This document shows positions 9,739-23,664 of a stretch of 64,000 nt of DNA, piece by piece. Within the stretch, counting starts at the first letter, position 1. The number at the start of each line of letters is the position of its first letter. The position numbers were made by a program, and so were the translations under genes. The DNA is from Nitrosomonas sp. (GTDB taxonomy: Bacteria > Pseudomonadota > Gammaproteobacteria > Burkholderiales > Nitrosomonadaceae): NCBI RefSeq assembly GCF_019635155.1, contig NZ_JAHBZY010000005.1, positions 24,023 through 88,022 of the forward strand, given 5' to 3'. The notes below the pieces were generated by a model. The model was not told the origin of the DNA, searched no databases, and saw only the letters and a list, made by a program, of their open reading frames with translations.

Positions 9739-11559
9739 ATGTGGTCGGATCCTGAGGTAGCACACCTTGAAGCGGTACGGATTAGCACCAATCAAGATAT
9801 GGTGCAGCGTATGCGGCTGGGCGGTTTGTTTTATGTGCTGTGTTGCAGCGCCGCTCTCTTGACGTCTCCGGAACTAACGGTACAGCCCTATATTTTTATT
9901 TTTGACGTGCTTTTTATTGTATTGGCAATCTTTCGCCTGACTATTTACCGCTATGCATCCAAATTCAGAAATAATAGCGAAGCGACGCTCGAGTATTCGA
10001 TTGCCGCAATTTATGTGGCAACAGCTCTGGTCTGGGGGGGCTTTCAGGTCTGGATTTTCTTTTCCGTTGAGGCAATTGACAATGGTGTCGCGCTGGCGAT
10101 TATTGCCACAGTGGGATTTATCGCGGGCGGCATTGCGGCGACCGCGCCTCGTATTCGGCTGATGCTGGCTTTCGCTGTGTTGATTTATTTGCCGAGTCTT
10201 ATCGGCTTAGTCATATTTATTCCCGATGAAGGCCGATGGGTATTAATGACGATCGGCTTGGCTTATTTTATTTTTCTGATTCACAATGGTAAGTTGCAGC
10301 ACCGGAATTATTGGATAGCAAGGGAGCAGGCTGTTTTGTTGCAACAACAAGCTGTCGATTTGGAGCAGGCGCGCGTGCAAGCGGAGAATGCCAACAAAGC
10401 GAAATCGGCCTTTTTGGCGTCAATGAGCCATGAGATCAGAACACCGATGAACGGTGTTTTGGGAATGACTGAGATATTGGCGATGACTGCTTTAAATCCT
10501 GAACAGAGAAATTACTTGAATGTCATTCGCGATTCCGGGCGGACGCTGCTGCGCGTTATCGACGATATTCTGGATTTTGCAAAAATAGAAGCCCACAAGC
10601 TGACGATTGTTAATCGCACCTTTGATCTGAGTATTCTGATCAATGAAGTTGAATTGCTATTTCGCCAGAAAGCTAAGGAGACATCGTTAAATTTCATTGT
10701 GACTCGTGATGGTATTGATCAGAACCAGTTGACTGGCGATCCGGACCGGATTAAACAAATACTATTTAATTTGCTCGGAAACGCTTTTAAATTCACGCAG
10801 CAAGGCGAAGTTAAACTGTCGGTGCAATGTAAGCCGGTTTCCGGGCAGGATAGCGTGGAACTGGAATTAACGGTAACGGATACCGGAATCGGTATTTCCG
10901 CCGAGAATCAAACGCAGTTGTTCCAGGAATTCACGCAAGTGGGTGAATCCGCCCGGCATATCCAAGGAACCGGGTTGGGTTTGGCGATCACGCGTAATTT
11001 GCTGGTGTTGATGGGGGGTGATATTTTGTTGACCAGCGAAATCGGTAAGGGGTCTCAATTTTGTGCGCGAATTCCGTTGAAATACGCGACTATTGAAACA
11101 GCGGTAGCAAAGGAAAACGATCCGGCGGATATCGAGTCTCAGGCCACCAGCGAGCACCGTTTGCGGATATTGGTGGTGGAAGATAATCAGGTCAATCAGA
11201 TGATCAGTAAAGCGATGCTGGAGCGGATGCAATGTGACGTGGTGATGGTTGATAACGGCGCTGAAGCAATTCGCGCCTATCAGGCACAGTCTTTCAATCT
11301 GATTCTGATGGATTGCAATATGCCGGTGATGGACGGGTTTGAAGCAACGCGGCAAATACGCGTACTGGAGCAACAACAAAACAAGGCGCCGATTCCTATT
11401 GTGGCGCTGACGGCACATGCCTACGAACATATCCGGAATGAATGTTTTGATGCAGGAATGAACGCGCATCTCAGCAAACCTTTTAGTTATGAACAATTGG
11501 AAAAATTACTGCAGCAATATGCTTCAGTTCATTCGCCGCCACCGGAAAAATTGCCATAG
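9739..11559 (+). CDS. Hybrid sensor histidine kinase/response regulator with a multi-pass membrane N-terminus
   Basis: About 6 hydrophobic helices; HisKA H-box [18 protein letters not shown]; HATPase N/G boxes ([23 protein letters not shown]); C-terminal receiver ([28 protein letters not shown]). Confidence 0.9.
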   Translation: MWSDPEVAHLEAVRISTNQDMVQRMRLGGLFYVLCCSAALLTSPELTVQPYIFIFDVLFIVLAIFRLTIYRYASKFRNNSEATLEYSIAAIYVATALVWGGFQVWIFFSVEAIDNGVALAIIATVGFIAGGIAATAPRIRLMLAFAVLIYLPSLIGLVIFIPDEGRWVLMTIGLAYFIFLIHNGKLQHRNYWIAREQAVLLQQQAVDLEQARVQAENANKAKSAFLASMSHEIRTPMNGVLGMTEILAMTALNPEQRNYLNVIRDSGRTLLRVIDDILDFAKIEAHKLTIVNRTFDLSILINEVELLFRQKAKETSLNFIVTRDGIDQNQLTGDPDRIKQILFNLLGNAFKFTQQGEVKLSVQCKPVSGQDSVELELTVTDTGIGISAENQTQLFQEFTQVGESARHIQGTGLGLAITRNLLVLMGGDILLTSEIGKGSQFCARIPLKYATIETAVAKENDPADIESQATSEHRLRILVVEDNQVNQMISKAMLERMQCDVVMVDNGAEAIRAYQAQSFNLILMDCNMPVMDGFEATRQIRVLEQQQNKAPIPIVALTAHAYEHIRNECFDAGMNAHLSKPFSYEQLEKLLQQYASVHSPPPEKLP

Positions 11560-11670
11560 CGGCAATTAATCGCAACGGGAACGGTACATCAATGCGATAA
11601 TCACTATCTTGCTTGTATATACGCTGCAGTAACGTGTAGCTTGCCTACTTTTTTCATTTCGTTAGAAGCT

Positions 11671-12126
11671 ATGATTTGGAAACCTAATGTGACGGTTGCA
11701 ACCGTCGTTGAACAAAACGGAAAATATTTACTGGTCGAGGAAGAACCGGAAGCCGGGCTCGGTTTGTTTTTCAATCAGCCGGCGGGACATTTGGATCCCG
11801 GCGAGTCGATTATTCAAGGAGCTATCCGGGAAACACTCGAGGAAACCGCGTATACCTTCGTACCCGAGTACTTATTGGGTATTTACCAATGGCATTCGCA
11901 GCGAGCCGGGGTTACTTATATCCGATTCGCATTCGGTGGCCGGGCGACGCATCACGATCCGCTGCGAGTGCTTGATACCGGTATTGTCCGTGCGGTTTGG
12001 TTGAGTTTTGATGAAATCATGAAGGAAAGCCATCGGCATCGCAGTCCGCTGGTCATGCAATGTATTCGCGATCACCAGGCCGGTAAGCGTTATCCATTGG
12101 AATTGCTGACACATTATGAATCCTAA
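11671..12126 (+). CDS. NUDIX hydrolase
   Basis: NUDIX box [22 protein letters not shown]. It overlaps the mnmA start by 11 nt. I prefer the ATG at 11671 over the TTG at 11641. Confidence 0.85.
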   Translation: MIWKPNVTVATVVEQNGKYLLVEEEPEAGLGLFFNQPAGHLDPGESIIQGAIRETLEETAYTFVPEYLLGIYQWHSQRAGVTYIRFAFGGRATHHDPLRVLDTGIVRAVWLSFDEIMKESHRHRSPLVMQCIRDHQAGKRYPLELLTHYES

Positions 12127-13231
12127 TTCGGCGAAGAAATACCGGGTTGTGGTGGGGATGTCCGGCGGTGTTGATTCTTCGGTTGCCGCTTATTTGCTGA
12201 GGCGGCAAGGCTACGATGTGGTCGGTTTGTTCATGAAGAACTGGGAAGATGACGATACCGACGACTATTGCTCGTCCCGCCAGGACTTCCTGGACGCAGT
12301 GTCGGTTGCGGATGTAATTGATATTCCTATCGAAGTTGTGAATTTTTCCGCGGAGTATAAAGAGCGGGTGTTTTCACATTTTCTCGCAGATTACCAGGCC
12401 GGGCGAACCCCGAACCCCGATGTGTTATGCAACGCGGAGATTAAATTCAAGGCTTTTCTGGATCATGCGAATAAACTTGGCGCCGATTACATTGCAACCG
12501 GGCATTATGCGCAGGTACGCAAAACCGACAAATCTTTTCAGTTGTTGAAGGGCGAAGATGGCAGCAAAGATCAAAGCTACTTCCTGTATCGCTTGAATCA
12601 AACGCAACTGGCGAATACGCTTTTTCCAATCGGGCATCTGTACAAACGCGAAGTGCGAATCATCGCGAAAGAGGCGAATCTGCCCAACTCTTCGAAGAAG
12701 GATAGTACCGGTATTTGTTTTATCGGCGAGCGTCCGTTTCGCGAATTCCTCAATCGTTATTTACCGCATGAACCTGGAGAAATCCAAACCCCCGATGGTC
12801 AAGTGATTGGCCGGCATCTCGGCTTGATGTATTACACCATCGGACAGCGGCAAGGATTGGGTATCGGCGGTACACGCGATGGTACCGATGAACCGTGGTT
12901 CGTGTCCGCCAAAGATATGACTCGAAATGTGCTAATTGTCGTCCAAGGTCATAATCATCCGGATTTGTTAAGATCATCGCTTATTGCAACGGATTTGACC
13001 TGGATAAGCGGGAAAGCACCCCATTGTAATTGGGTTTATGCGGGTAAGACCCGTTATCGCCAAGCGGATGCTCCATGCGCAATTAGCGCTTTGACGCAAA
13101 AGCACTGTCAAGTTGATTTTGCGCAAAACCAATGGGCTGTGACGCCCGGTCAATCGGTTGTGATTTACGAAAGTAGAGTGTGCTTGGGAGGCGGGATTAT
13201 CGCCGATGAAAACGCTATTGGATTTTTTTGA
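12116..13231 (+). CDS. mnmA: tRNA 2-thiouridine(34) synthase
   Basis: PP-loop [17 protein letters not shown], catalytic Cys context [10 protein letters not shown] and [11 protein letters not shown], 371 aa. Confidence 0.95.
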   Translation: MNPNSAKKYRVVVGMSGGVDSSVAAYLLRRQGYDVVGLFMKNWEDDDTDDYCSSRQDFLDAVSVADVIDIPIEVVNFSAEYKERVFSHFLADYQAGRTPNPDVLCNAEIKFKAFLDHANKLGADYIATGHYAQVRKTDKSFQLLKGEDGSKDQSYFLYRLNQTQLANTLFPIGHLYKREVRIIAKEANLPNSSKKDSTGICFIGERPFREFLNRYLPHEPGEIQTPDGQVIGRHLGLMYYTIGQRQGLGIGGTRDGTDEPWFVSAKDMTRNVLIVVQGHNHPDLLRSSLIATDLTWISGKAPHCNWVYAGKTRYRQADAPCAISALTQKHCQVDFAQNQWAVTPGQSVVIYESRVCLGGGIIADENAIGFF

Positions 13232-13410
13232 TATCAAGCATTTTCTCGGCTTGCGGCGCTCATCGACTGTTTTACGGGGTTTTTGCGAGTTATAGCTAAT
13301 CGCGTAGTAGCTTTGCGATACTTCTTTTTTACAGTAATTTAAGTTCTTATATTATTATTGACTTAACTGCTGCTTCAATTCGATTCGCTATTATAAATAA
13401 GGAAATTTTT

Positions 13411-14094
13411 ATGAAAACACGAATAATACTTATGATTCCAGCAATTATCGCAACATTAGGTGGTTGTGCAACAATGTCCGAGTCGCAACGCGGGACGGCT
13501 CAAGGATCCGCGATTGGTGCCGGTGCCGGTGCTGCGATTGGTGCGCTCATCGGTGGTGGAAAAGGTGCTGCAATCGGCGCAGGTTCGGGAGCGTTGCTAG
13601 GGGCAGGCGCAGGTTATTTATGGTCGAAAAAAATGGAAGAACAGAAACAGCAAATGGAAGCTGCTACAGCAGGTACTGGCGTACAAGTTTCACAAACTGA
13701 AGACAATCGGCTCAAACTGAACATTCCCAGTGATATCTCTTTTGATTCTGGCAAATCTGATATCAAACCGGGCTTTAAGCCGATTCTCGATAACTTCGCA
13801 ACAAGCCTGACTAATAATGCGAACACAATCATCACAATTGTGGGCCATACAGATAATACTGGCAGCGATGCGATTAATAATCCCTTATCAGTTAATCGGG
13901 CTGCCAGTACACGCGACTATCTGGTTGGACGAGGTGTATCCATCAATCGTGTCCATATTGATGGTCGTGGTTCTCATGAACCAATTACATCAAATGACAC
14001 GACGGAAGGAAGAGCGGAGAATCGCCGTGTGGAAATCTTTGTAACGGAACAACAGGCATCACCGGAAGCGTCTCCTGCGTCGCATAAACACTAA
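13411..14094 (+). CDS. OmpA-family outer-membrane lipoprotein with a glycine-zipper N-domain
   Basis: Lipobox ATLGGC, Gly-zipper GAGAGAAIGALIGGGKGAAIGAGSGALLGAG, and an OmpA C-terminal peptidoglycan-binding motif (NTGSDAINNPLSVNRA ... AENRRVEI). Confidence 0.85.
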   Translation: MKTRIILMIPAIIATLGGCATMSESQRGTAQGSAIGAGAGAAIGALIGGGKGAAIGAGSGALLGAGAGYLWSKKMEEQKQQMEAATAGTGVQVSQTEDNRLKLNIPSDISFDSGKSDIKPGFKPILDNFATSLTNNANTIITIVGHTDNTGSDAINNPLSVNRAASTRDYLVGRGVSINRVHIDGRGSHEPITSNDTTEGRAENRRVEIFVTEQQASPEASPASHKH

Positions 14095-14360
14095 GATTTT
14101 AAGTCAAATGCCGCTGCCAAGGTCGTGGTGTTTGACTTATATAACAAACTATGTAACTCAAAGCCGGTTTTAATGGCACAATTCAGTTGTGCAAGTTAGA
14201 CTTGCAGAATCAGGTTGTCTGAAACCTTCTCCGTTACCGTTACTGATTGATAATAATTCCGAAGTTGTTTATTTTTTTATTCCGGTTTTATTTCCTTCCT
14301 TGCAAATAAGTTTTAAATCTAAGAGGTTGTAAATTGGGTCGTAAATTTTTTTACTATCTG

Positions 14361-14392
14361 CCCTTGAAATTCTCAAGCACAATCCCTAATAT
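14361..14392 (+). promoter_or_regulatory. Sigma-32 (RpoH) heat-shock promoter of groESL
   Basis: CCCTTGAA (14361-14368), a 15-nt spacer, then CCCTAATAT (14384-14392). This compares with the E. coli consensus CCCTTGAA-N13-17-CCCCATNT. Confidence 0.6.
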
Positions 14393-14418
14393 CAGCACTC
14401 ATGGTTAGAGAGTGCTAA
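14392..14418 (+). promoter_or_regulatory. CIRCE operator (HrcA binding site)
   Basis: TCAGCACTC-N9-GAGTGCTAA versus the consensus TTAGCACTC-N9-GAGTGCTAA (1 mismatch). It sits immediately at or after the -10 element and 114 nt upstream of the groES ATG. Confidence 0.75.
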
Positions 14419-14531
14419 AATAAGTATTATTAACGATTGATACCCTGATTATTTCGTAATTCCAAGAAAATTATGTGCTGTTACGTGACGGCATAGATTT
14501 TAAATCCATTATTTTTACAGGAGAAAACAGT

Positions 14532-14822
14532 ATGAAAATTCGCCCTTTGCATGATCGTGTGGTTGTCAAGCGGTTGGAAGATGAACGTAAAACCGCCTCA
14601 GGTATTGTTATTCCCGATTCTGCGGCTGAGAAACCGGATCAAGGCGAGATATTGGCTGTCGGCAAAGGAAAAATCGGTGACGATGGTAAACTGTGTCCAA
14701 TGGAAGTGAAAGTGGGCGATAAAGTATTATTTGGGAAATATGCCGGTCAGACAGTAAAAGTTCATGGCGAAGAGTTATTAGTCATGAGAGAAGAAGATAT
14801 CATGGGCGTGATTGAAGGTTAA
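14532..14822 (+). CDS. groES: Co-chaperonin GroES
   Basis: [14 protein letters not shown]...; GGAG 8 nt upstream of the ATG at 14532. The ORF-track GTG at 14475 would add a non-conserved extension. Confidence 0.97.
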   Translation: MKIRPLHDRVVVKRLEDERKTASGIVIPDSAAEKPDQGEILAVGKGKIGDDGKLCPMEVKVGDKVLFGKYAGQTVKVHGEELLVMREEDIMGVIEG

Positions 14823-14872
14823 TCGCGTCGGTTCGGCGACTCGCTAAAGATAATGTGTTGTTGAGAGATTAG

Positions 14873-16534
<1,662 letters not shown>

Positions 16535-16573
16535 CGAAGCAGTTCATAACTGAGTACCCAACTCTATGATATT

Positions 16574-16608
16574 AAACAGACCCCGATTATTTTGGGGTCT
16601 GTTTTTTT
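16574..16608 (+). terminator. Rho-independent terminator of groESL
   Basis: An 11-bp stem, AAACAGACCCC / GGGGTCTGTTT, with a 9-nt loop followed by a T7 run. Confidence 0.85.
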
Positions 16609-16699
16609 ATAGATACTGCTTATTGATCGGAGGAATATCGATGATTTTTCGACTGTTATTTTTGATTGAAAAATAAATTAACGTGATAAATTCTAAATT

Positions 16700-17446
16700 A
16701 TGGATGCATTGGAAAATTATTCTGCGCCTGAAGATCTGCTTAAGGATCGGGTGATTCTTGTTACAGGCGCGGGACAGGGGCTGGGTCGCGCGGCAGCATT
16801 AGCATATGCGCGCCACGGAGCGACAGTGATACTGCACGGTCGCAAGGTTAAGAAATTAGAGAGTGTTTACGATGAAATCGAAACAATCGGTAAAGCTCAG
16901 GCATTAATTTTTCCATTAGACTTCGAACGTGCGGAAGAAAAGGATTATGCCGTGTTAAGCCAGGCAATCGAACAGCAACTGGGGCGGCTTGATGGGATCC
17001 TGCATAATGCGGCTCTTCTATATAATTTGAGCCCGTTAGAGTATCAGACACCGGAGCAATGGCGAGTGATATTCCAAGTTAATTTAATCGCGCCTTTTGC
17101 AGTGACGAGGGCATGTTTTCCATTGCTTAAAGCATCACCCGACGCAAGTGTCATCATGACCTCAAGCACACAAGGTAATCAACCTGCAGCCTATTGGGGT
17201 GGTTTTGCAGTAGCTAAGGCTGGGATTGAAGCATTGACAAAGATTCAGGCAGATGAATGGGAAGCAATGCCTAACCTTCGCATCAATAGCATTGTGCCAG
17301 GCATCGTAAATTCACCTCAACGAATAAAAACACATCCGGGTGAACTCAAAAAAATCATGCGGCAACCCGATGACTTAATGAGAACTTACCTGTATTTGAT
17401 GGGCTCCGATAGCAAGGGAATCAGCGGCAAAACTTTTTATTGTTAG
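16700..17446 (+). CDS. SDR-family oxidoreductase, YciK-like
   Basis: Cofactor motif VTGAGQGLGRAAALAYARHGATVILHGR, plus SS...Y..AK catalytic residues (SSTQG...AYWGGFAVAK). Confidence 0.85.
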   Translation: MDALENYSAPEDLLKDRVILVTGAGQGLGRAAALAYARHGATVILHGRKVKKLESVYDEIETIGKAQALIFPLDFERAEEKDYAVLSQAIEQQLGRLDGILHNAALLYNLSPLEYQTPEQWRVIFQVNLIAPFAVTRACFPLLKASPDASVIMTSSTQGNQPAAYWGGFAVAKAGIEALTKIQADEWEAMPNLRINSIVPGIVNSPQRIKTHPGELKKIMRQPDDLMRTYLYLMGSDSKGISGKTFYC

Positions 17447-17521
17447 CACACTACCTCTATTAAATGATCGGGCTGCGGTTGGCAGGATTAATAGGTATAA
17501 TCGCTTAAAATATCGGAAAAT

Positions 17522-17606
<85 letters not shown>

Positions 17607-17701
17607 AATGGGATAATTGCTGAGAGCTTGGCTTTTTAAATGAGTGGTTGTCAGTAAAGAATTGAATATTTCTAAAAATAGTTAATCAGTCAGGAATTTG
17701 A

Positions 17702-19006
17702 ATGGGATCAAATGTAGAAAATCTTGGTGCGCTGGAACGCCGTTTTGATATCACGATTTCTCGAGAAGGTTTGCAGAATGAGATTGATGATCGATTGAAA
17801 CGAATTGCAAAAACAACTAAGTTGCATGGCTTCCGGCCAGGAAAAGTTCCTTTGAAAATAGTCACGCAAATGTACGGAGCGCAAGTACAGCAAGATGCGT
17901 TAAATGATGCCGTGCATAAGGAGTTTAAAGAAGCGATCAAGGAGCATAATTTGCAGATCGCAGGTTATCCACGCTTTGAGGAAAAATCATCTGACGGTGA
18001 TGCTACGCAATATACTGTTAGTGCTACATTTGAAATCTATCCTAAAGTTGTCCTGGGTGATTTAAGTCAACACAACATTGAGCGGCCTAAAGTTCAAGTG
18101 TCAGAGGGAGATATTGATAAAACTCTGGAGATGATTTGTAAACAGCGTACGATCTATCAGTTTGTTGACCGAGCGGCAAAATCGAGTGATCGGGTCAAGA
18201 TAGATTATCATGGCACAATTGATGGAGAGGGCTTTGCTGGTGGAACGGGTAACGATGTTCAATTGGTTCTTGGGGATGGAAAGTTTCTTAAAGATTTCGA
18301 GAATTCATTGATTGGTATGAAACCAGGAAATAGTAAATCATTTGATGTCATTTTTCCGGAAGATTATCATGGTAAAGATATCGCAGGAAGAACCGTTACT
18401 TTCGAAGTGAAACTTATCTTGCTTGAGGAACCAGTAATACCTACAGTAGATGTTGAGCTTGCTAAATCATTGGGTATCGCCGATGGAGATCTGAAAAAGC
18501 TTCGTGAAGGGATACAAAAAGACCTTGAGCGAGAGGTTTCCAGAAGAATCAGAACAAAACTTAAAGAGCAAGTTATGCAAGTATTGCTGGATAGTACTCC
18601 ACTGGAAGCGCCCAATGCTTTGGTTAATCAAGAGATTGAACGGTTAATGCAGGATGCGAAGAATGACCTTGAAGCACGTGGAATGAAATCCAAAGAGATC
18701 CCGCTAGCGGCTGATTTATTTAAAGGAAAAGCAGAGTACCGTATTAAGTTAGGTCTTATTTTGTCAGAGCTTGTTAAAGAACATGCGCTTAAAGCTACAT
18801 CCGAACAAGTTCGCAGTATTATCGAGGATGTGGCGCAGAGTTATGAGAATCCGGAACAAGTAGTGAAATGGCATTATGCCTCTTCAGAGCGCTTGCAGGA
18901 AGCGGAAGCGCTTGCATTAGAAGAAAATGTTGTAAATTGGGCTTTGGAGAAAATAAAGCAAAGCGACAAATCAGTAACTTTTGATGAGCTCATGGGGATC
19001 TCCTGA
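17702..19006 (+). CDS. tig: Trigger factor
   Basis: N-terminal ribosome-binding motif HGFRPGKVP, a central FKBP-like PPIase domain, and the conserved position upstream of clpP-clpX-lon. Confidence 0.95.
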   Translation: MGSNVENLGALERRFDITISREGLQNEIDDRLKRIAKTTKLHGFRPGKVPLKIVTQMYGAQVQQDALNDAVHKEFKEAIKEHNLQIAGYPRFEEKSSDGDATQYTVSATFEIYPKVVLGDLSQHNIERPKVQVSEGDIDKTLEMICKQRTIYQFVDRAAKSSDRVKIDYHGTIDGEGFAGGTGNDVQLVLGDGKFLKDFENSLIGMKPGNSKSFDVIFPEDYHGKDIAGRTVTFEVKLILLEEPVIPTVDVELAKSLGIADGDLKKLREGIQKDLEREVSRRIRTKLKEQVMQVLLDSTPLEAPNALVNQEIERLMQDAKNDLEARGMKSKEIPLAADLFKGKAEYRIKLGLILSELVKEHALKATSEQVRSIIEDVAQSYENPEQVVKWHYASSERLQEAEALALEENVVNWALEKIKQSDKSVTFDELMGIS

Positions 19007-19037
19007 AATGATTCAACTCAATAATGATGTGAGAAAT

Positions 19038-19649
19038 ATGGAACCAATGAATCTGGGATTAATTCCAATGGTCATTGAGACGAGCGGAAGGGGTGAACGG
19101 GCGTACGACATCTACTCACGATTACTAAAAGAAAGAGTTGTGTTTTTAGTGGGTCCAGTTACGGAAGCAAGTGCAAATTTGGTGGTTGCACAGTTATTAT
19201 TCCTTGAATCTGAAAATTCAGAAAAAGATATTTATTTTTATATTAATTCTCCTGGAGGGATGGTGTCTGCTGGTATGGCGATATACGACACCATGCAGTA
19301 TATAAAACCGGATGTTAGTACCTTGTGTATTGGGCAGGCTGCAAGTATGGGAGCATTGCTACTAACTGCCGGAGCGAAAGGAAAAAGACATTGCTTGCCG
19401 AACTCGCGCGTCATGATTCATCAGCCGCTGGGAGGTTTTCAAGGACAAGCATCGGACATAGAGATACATGCCCGAGAGATTTTATACCTTAAAGGTCGTT
19501 TAAACGAAATTTTAGCAAAACATACAGGACGCCCTGTTTCAGATATTGAAAAGGATACGGATCGTGATAACTTTATGAGTGCAATTGAATCAGTTAATTA
19601 CGGTTTAGTTGATGCAGTATTGTCGCATAGAGATGAAAGTGCTTCTTAA
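19038..19649 (+). CDS. clpP: ATP-dependent Clp protease proteolytic subunit
   Basis: [19 protein letters not shown], catalytic Ser in [11 protein letters not shown], His in MIHQPLGG. I prefer the ATG at 19038 over the TTG at 18981. Confidence 0.95.
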   Translation: MEPMNLGLIPMVIETSGRGERAYDIYSRLLKERVVFLVGPVTEASANLVVAQLLFLESENSEKDIYFYINSPGGMVSAGMAIYDTMQYIKPDVSTLCIGQAASMGALLLTAGAKGKRHCLPNSRVMIHQPLGGFQGQASDIEIHAREILYLKGRLNEILAKHTGRPVSDIEKDTDRDNFMSAIESVNYGLVDAVLSHRDESAS

Positions 19650-19721
19650 GTAGTAGGATTTGCTTGTTTCAATTTTATTTAGGATACGGGTCGTTAAACT
19701 CGATTACGATGGGAAAAGAAT

Positions 19722-20996
19722 ATGCCAGACAAAACGAGTGGTGAAAAACTTCTTTATTGTTCTTTTTGCGGCAAGAGTCAGCATGAGGTGCGAAAGCTCA
19801 TTGCAGGTCCTTCGGTATTTATTTGTGATGAATGTATTGATCTTTGTAATGACATTATTCGTGAAGAAATGCAGGGTGATGAAGCTACGAAATTAGTTAA
19901 ATCTAATTTACCCGTACCACGTGAAATATGTCAGATACTCGATCAATATGTAATCGGACAAGAATCGGCGAAAAAGATACTTTCAGTTGCAGTCTATAAT
20001 CATTATAAACGTCTGAGGAATGTCGTAAAATCGGATGAAGGTGATGATATCGAGCTATCCAAAAGTAATATATTACTGGTAGGGCCGACAGGGTCTGGCA
20101 AGACATTACTTGCGCAAACGCTGGCTCGATTGTTGGATGTGCCGTTTATCATGGCCGATGCAACTGCATTAACGGAAGCTGGTTATGTTGGTGAAGATGT
20201 CGAAAACATTATTCAAAAATTGTTGCAGAAATGTAATTATGATGCCGAGAAAGCACAGCGAGGTATTGTATACATTGACGAGATTGATAAAATTTCTCGT
20301 AAATCCGATAACCCTTCAATAACACGCGATGTTTCTGGTGAAGGTGTACAACAAGCGCTTCTGAAACTGATCGAGGGAACAGTTGCAATGGTTCCTCCGC
20401 AAGGTGGTCGGAAGCACCCTAATCAAGAATTTATTCAAGTCGACACCACAAACATTTTATTTATTTGCGGTGGCGCATTTGATGGATTGGATAAGGTGAT
20501 CAGGGCACGCACTGAGAAAGGTGGAATCGGGTTTGGTGTTGAAGTAAAAAATACTACACGTAGTAATGTAAATAAAGTCTTGCAACAGGTTGAACCCGAA
20601 GATCTTGTGAAATTCGGATTGATACCTGAATTTGTTGGACGTTTACCTGTGGTTGCTACATTGGAAGAACTTAATGAGGCGGCGTTAATTCAGATTCTTA
20701 CAGAGCCAAAGAATGCGCTTGTTAAGCAATATTGGAAGATGTTCAACATGGAAGGAGTTGATCTTGAATTTAGGGAACCAGCACTTAAAGCTATTGCAAA
20801 AAGCGCTTTGTCCCGCAAAACAGGTGCTCGTGGCCTTCGTTCTATTTTGGAGGAGATACTGCTGGATATCATGTACGATTTGCCATCGCTAGACAATGTC
20901 TCGAAAGTTGTAATTGATCACAACGCATCAAGTAATGATATTAAACCGATCTTAATCTATTCGGACCAACCCAAAGTAGCTAAGCGTTCTAAATGA
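19722..20996 (+). CDS. clpX: ATP-dependent Clp protease ATP-binding subunit ClpX
   Basis: N-terminal zinc-binding domain [11 protein letters not shown]...FICDECI, Walker A GPTGSGKT, Walker [10 protein letters not shown]. Confidence 0.97.
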   Translation: MPDKTSGEKLLYCSFCGKSQHEVRKLIAGPSVFICDECIDLCNDIIREEMQGDEATKLVKSNLPVPREICQILDQYVIGQESAKKILSVAVYNHYKRLRNVVKSDEGDDIELSKSNILLVGPTGSGKTLLAQTLARLLDVPFIMADATALTEAGYVGEDVENIIQKLLQKCNYDAEKAQRGIVYIDEIDKISRKSDNPSITRDVSGEGVQQALLKLIEGTVAMVPPQGGRKHPNQEFIQVDTTNILFICGGAFDGLDKVIRARTEKGGIGFGVEVKNTTRSNVNKVLQQVEPEDLVKFGLIPEFVGRLPVVATLEELNEAALIQILTEPKNALVKQYWKMFNMEGVDLEFREPALKAIAKSALSRKTGARGLRSILEEILLDIMYDLPSLDNVSKVVIDHNASSNDIKPILIYSDQPKVAKRSK

Positions 20997-21213
20997 AAGT
21001 CAGCTAGTGAAGTTGTGTAAAAGTTATATTAGGGTATTACTAAGCTTTTTCATAACGTCTTTTACAGAAATTGCGATAAAGGATAATTATTGCGTATTTA
21101 CACGTCTAATTGCTCGATTATAACCGGTACTTATATGCTAGTGTATTTTGCGTATTCTATGTTTCTCAATAGCGCAAATTTTTCCAAACAGTTATAAATT
21201 TTATTAAGCCGAT

Positions 21214-23625
21214 ATGAATTCTTTATTAGAAAATTCCGAGCAGTTGATATTGCCGTTGCTTCCCTTGCGAGATGTGGTGGTTTTTCCACATATGGTCATT
21301 CCACTATTTGTCGGAAGACACAAGTCGATTAAGGCGCTTGAGTTGGCAATGGAATCAAATAAAAATATTCTTCTCGTTGCTCAGAAAGTCGCATCGAAGG
21401 ATGATCCTGCTCCTGAAGATCTCTATGAAGTGTGTAGTATTGCCAGCTTACTGCAGATGCTCAAACTTCCCGATGGAACGGTCAAGGTTTTAGTTGAAGG
21501 CAATTATCGCGCACGTATTCATGAGTTGATTGATTCCGAGACTCATTATTCAGGAAGGGCTACACGAATCGAAGTTAATGTGGCTGATAATCCGGAAGCG
21601 GAAGCGATGCGGCGTGCTATCCTGACACAGTTCGATCAATATGTGAAACTTAACAAGAAGATACCTCCAGAAATCATTACATCAATGGGTGGTATTGACG
21701 ATGCAGGACGTTTAGTCGATACAATTGCGGCTTACTTACCACTTAAGCTGGAACAGAAGCAGGAGGTTCTTGAAATATTTGATGTTTCGAAACGTCTTGA
21801 ACATTTGTTAGGCTTGCTCGAAACAGAGCTTGATATTCTTCAAGTGGAAAAAAGAATACGTGGTAGGGTTAAGCGGCAAATGGAGAAAAGTCAGCGTGAT
21901 TATTACCTGAATGAACAGGTAAAAGCCATTCAGAAGGAACTGGGTGAAGGCGAAGATGGCGCGGATATTGAAGAGATAGAGAAAAAAATAAAAGCCGCTC
22001 AGATGCCTAAAGAAGCACTCACTAAAGCGGAATCCGAGTTAAAAAAACTGCGGTTGATGTCGCCGATGTCTGCTGAAGCGACCGTTGTGCGTAACTATAT
22101 TGATGCACTTGTTGCTTTGCCGTGGAAGAAGAAAAATAAAATCAATCAAGACCTAAAAGCAGCAGAAAATGCATTGGAAAAAGATCATTACGGCTTGGAG
22201 AAAGTTAAAGAACGAATTGTAGAATATCTGGCTGTTCAACAACGTGTAAGCAAAATGAAAGCCCCCATCCTTTGCTTAGTCGGCCCTCCAGGTGTTGGTA
22301 AAACATCACTGGGACAATCCATTGCACGTGCGACGAATCGGAAATTTGTACGCATGTCGCTTGGAGGGGTGCGCGATGAAGCGGAGATCCGCGGACATCG
22401 ACGGACATACATTGGGTCCATGCCGGGAAAAATCTTGCAGAATATGAGCAAAGTGGGGATCAAAAATCCATTATTTCTGCTTGATGAGGTGGATAAAATG
22501 GGTATGGACTTCCGAGGTGATCCATCATCTGCATTGCTCGAAGTACTTGATCCTGAACAGAACAATACTTTCGTAGATCATTACATCGAAGTGGAATATG
22601 ATTTATCAGACGTAATGTTCGTGGCAACTGCTAATACCTTAAATATTCCTCCCGCTCTTCTTGATCGCATGGAAGTGATCAAATTATCTGGCTATACGGA
22701 AGACGAAAAATTAAATATTGCCACTCGCTATCTGCTAACCAAGCAAATGCATAATCATGGACTTAAAGATAGTGAATTGACCGTTTCAGAGTCTGCATTA
22801 AGAGATATTGCTCGATATTACACGAGAGAAGCAGGTGTTCGGGCAATGGAGCGAGAAATTTCAAAAATCTGCCGAAAAGCTGTAAAAGCATTATTACTTA
22901 AGAAAGGGAAAGGCAAAGTAGCTGTGACATCAAAGAATCTTGATAAATTTCTGGGTGTGCGCCGCTTTACCTATGGCATTGCTGAAGAAAAAAATCAAAT
23001 TGGGCAAGTTACTGGTTTGGCATGGACGGAAGTCGGGGGCGAATTATTAACTATCGAGGCAGTGGTGCTGCCTGGTAAAGGGAAGACCATCACAACAGGT
23101 AAGTTGGGTGAAGTGATGCAGGAATCCATACAAGCGGCATTATCAGTGGTTCGAAGTCGTGCCCATATATTTGGATTGCCGGAAGATTTTTATCAAAAGA
23201 ACGATATTCATATACATCTACCGGAAGGCGCAACGCCGAAAGACGGTCCAAGCGCAGGAATTGGGATTTGTGTTGCAATGGTATCGGTCCTGACAAATAT
23301 AGCTGTGCGGGCAGATGTGGCTATGACCGGGGAAATCACTCTAAGAGGTGAGGTGCTTCCAATCGGGGGGCTGAAAGAGAAATTACTTGCAGCCCATCGT
23401 GGAGGTATCAAAGTTGTTATTATTCCTGAGCAAAATGAAAAGGATTTGGCTGACATACCAGCAAACGTAAAAAATCAATTAACGATCCACCCTGTTAAAT
23501 GGATCGATCAAGTACTTGATTTGGCATTGGAACACAAACCGGAGCTGCTCCCGGCATCTATTTCCCAACCGTCATTGCCATCCGGCCCTGAAGAGCAGAT
23601 TATCGAAACTGTTATAAAGCACTGA
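21214..23625 (+). CDS. lon: Lon protease (LonA)
   Basis: LON N-domain [23 protein letters not shown], Walker [10 protein letters not shown], catalytic PKDGPSAG with a downstream Lys (MTGEITLRG). Confidence 0.97.
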   Translation: MNSLLENSEQLILPLLPLRDVVVFPHMVIPLFVGRHKSIKALELAMESNKNILLVAQKVASKDDPAPEDLYEVCSIASLLQMLKLPDGTVKVLVEGNYRARIHELIDSETHYSGRATRIEVNVADNPEAEAMRRAILTQFDQYVKLNKKIPPEIITSMGGIDDAGRLVDTIAAYLPLKLEQKQEVLEIFDVSKRLEHLLGLLETELDILQVEKRIRGRVKRQMEKSQRDYYLNEQVKAIQKELGEGEDGADIEEIEKKIKAAQMPKEALTKAESELKKLRLMSPMSAEATVVRNYIDALVALPWKKKNKINQDLKAAENALEKDHYGLEKVKERIVEYLAVQQRVSKMKAPILCLVGPPGVGKTSLGQSIARATNRKFVRMSLGGVRDEAEIRGHRRTYIGSMPGKILQNMSKVGIKNPLFLLDEVDKMGMDFRGDPSSALLEVLDPEQNNTFVDHYIEVEYDLSDVMFVATANTLNIPPALLDRMEVIKLSGYTEDEKLNIATRYLLTKQMHNHGLKDSELTVSESALRDIARYYTREAGVRAMEREISKICRKAVKALLLKKGKGKVAVTSKNLDKFLGVRRFTYGIAEEKNQIGQVTGLAWTEVGGELLTIEAVVLPGKGKTITTGKLGEVMQESIQAALSVVRSRAHIFGLPEDFYQKNDIHIHLPEGATPKDGPSAGIGICVAMVSVLTNIAVRADVAMTGEITLRGEVLPIGGLKEKLLAAHRGGIKVVIIPEQNEKDLADIPANVKNQLTIHPVKWIDQVLDLALEHKPELLPASISQPSLPSGPEEQIIETVIKH

Positions 23626-23630
23626 GTGAG

Positions 23631-23661
23631 AATGTCAACAGGATGAAATCTTGTTGACATT
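23631..23661. terminator. Possible bidirectional hairpin between convergent lon and the EEP gene
   Basis: A perfect 10-bp stem, AATGTCAACA / TGTTGACATT, with an 11-nt loop. No strong U-tract follows, so confidence is modest. Confidence 0.4.
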
Positions 23662-23664
23662 CTT

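Noticed and set aside
10867-11496. 209-aa antisense ORF within the hybrid histidine kinase
   Set aside because: The sense strand has complete HATPase and receiver motifs. The antisense translation is His/Arg/Gln-rich noise.
14095-14150. Hairpin AAGTCAAA-N22-TTTGACTT after the OmpA-family gene as a terminator
   Set aside because: The loop is too long and no U-tract follows, so I cannot support it as an intrinsic terminator.
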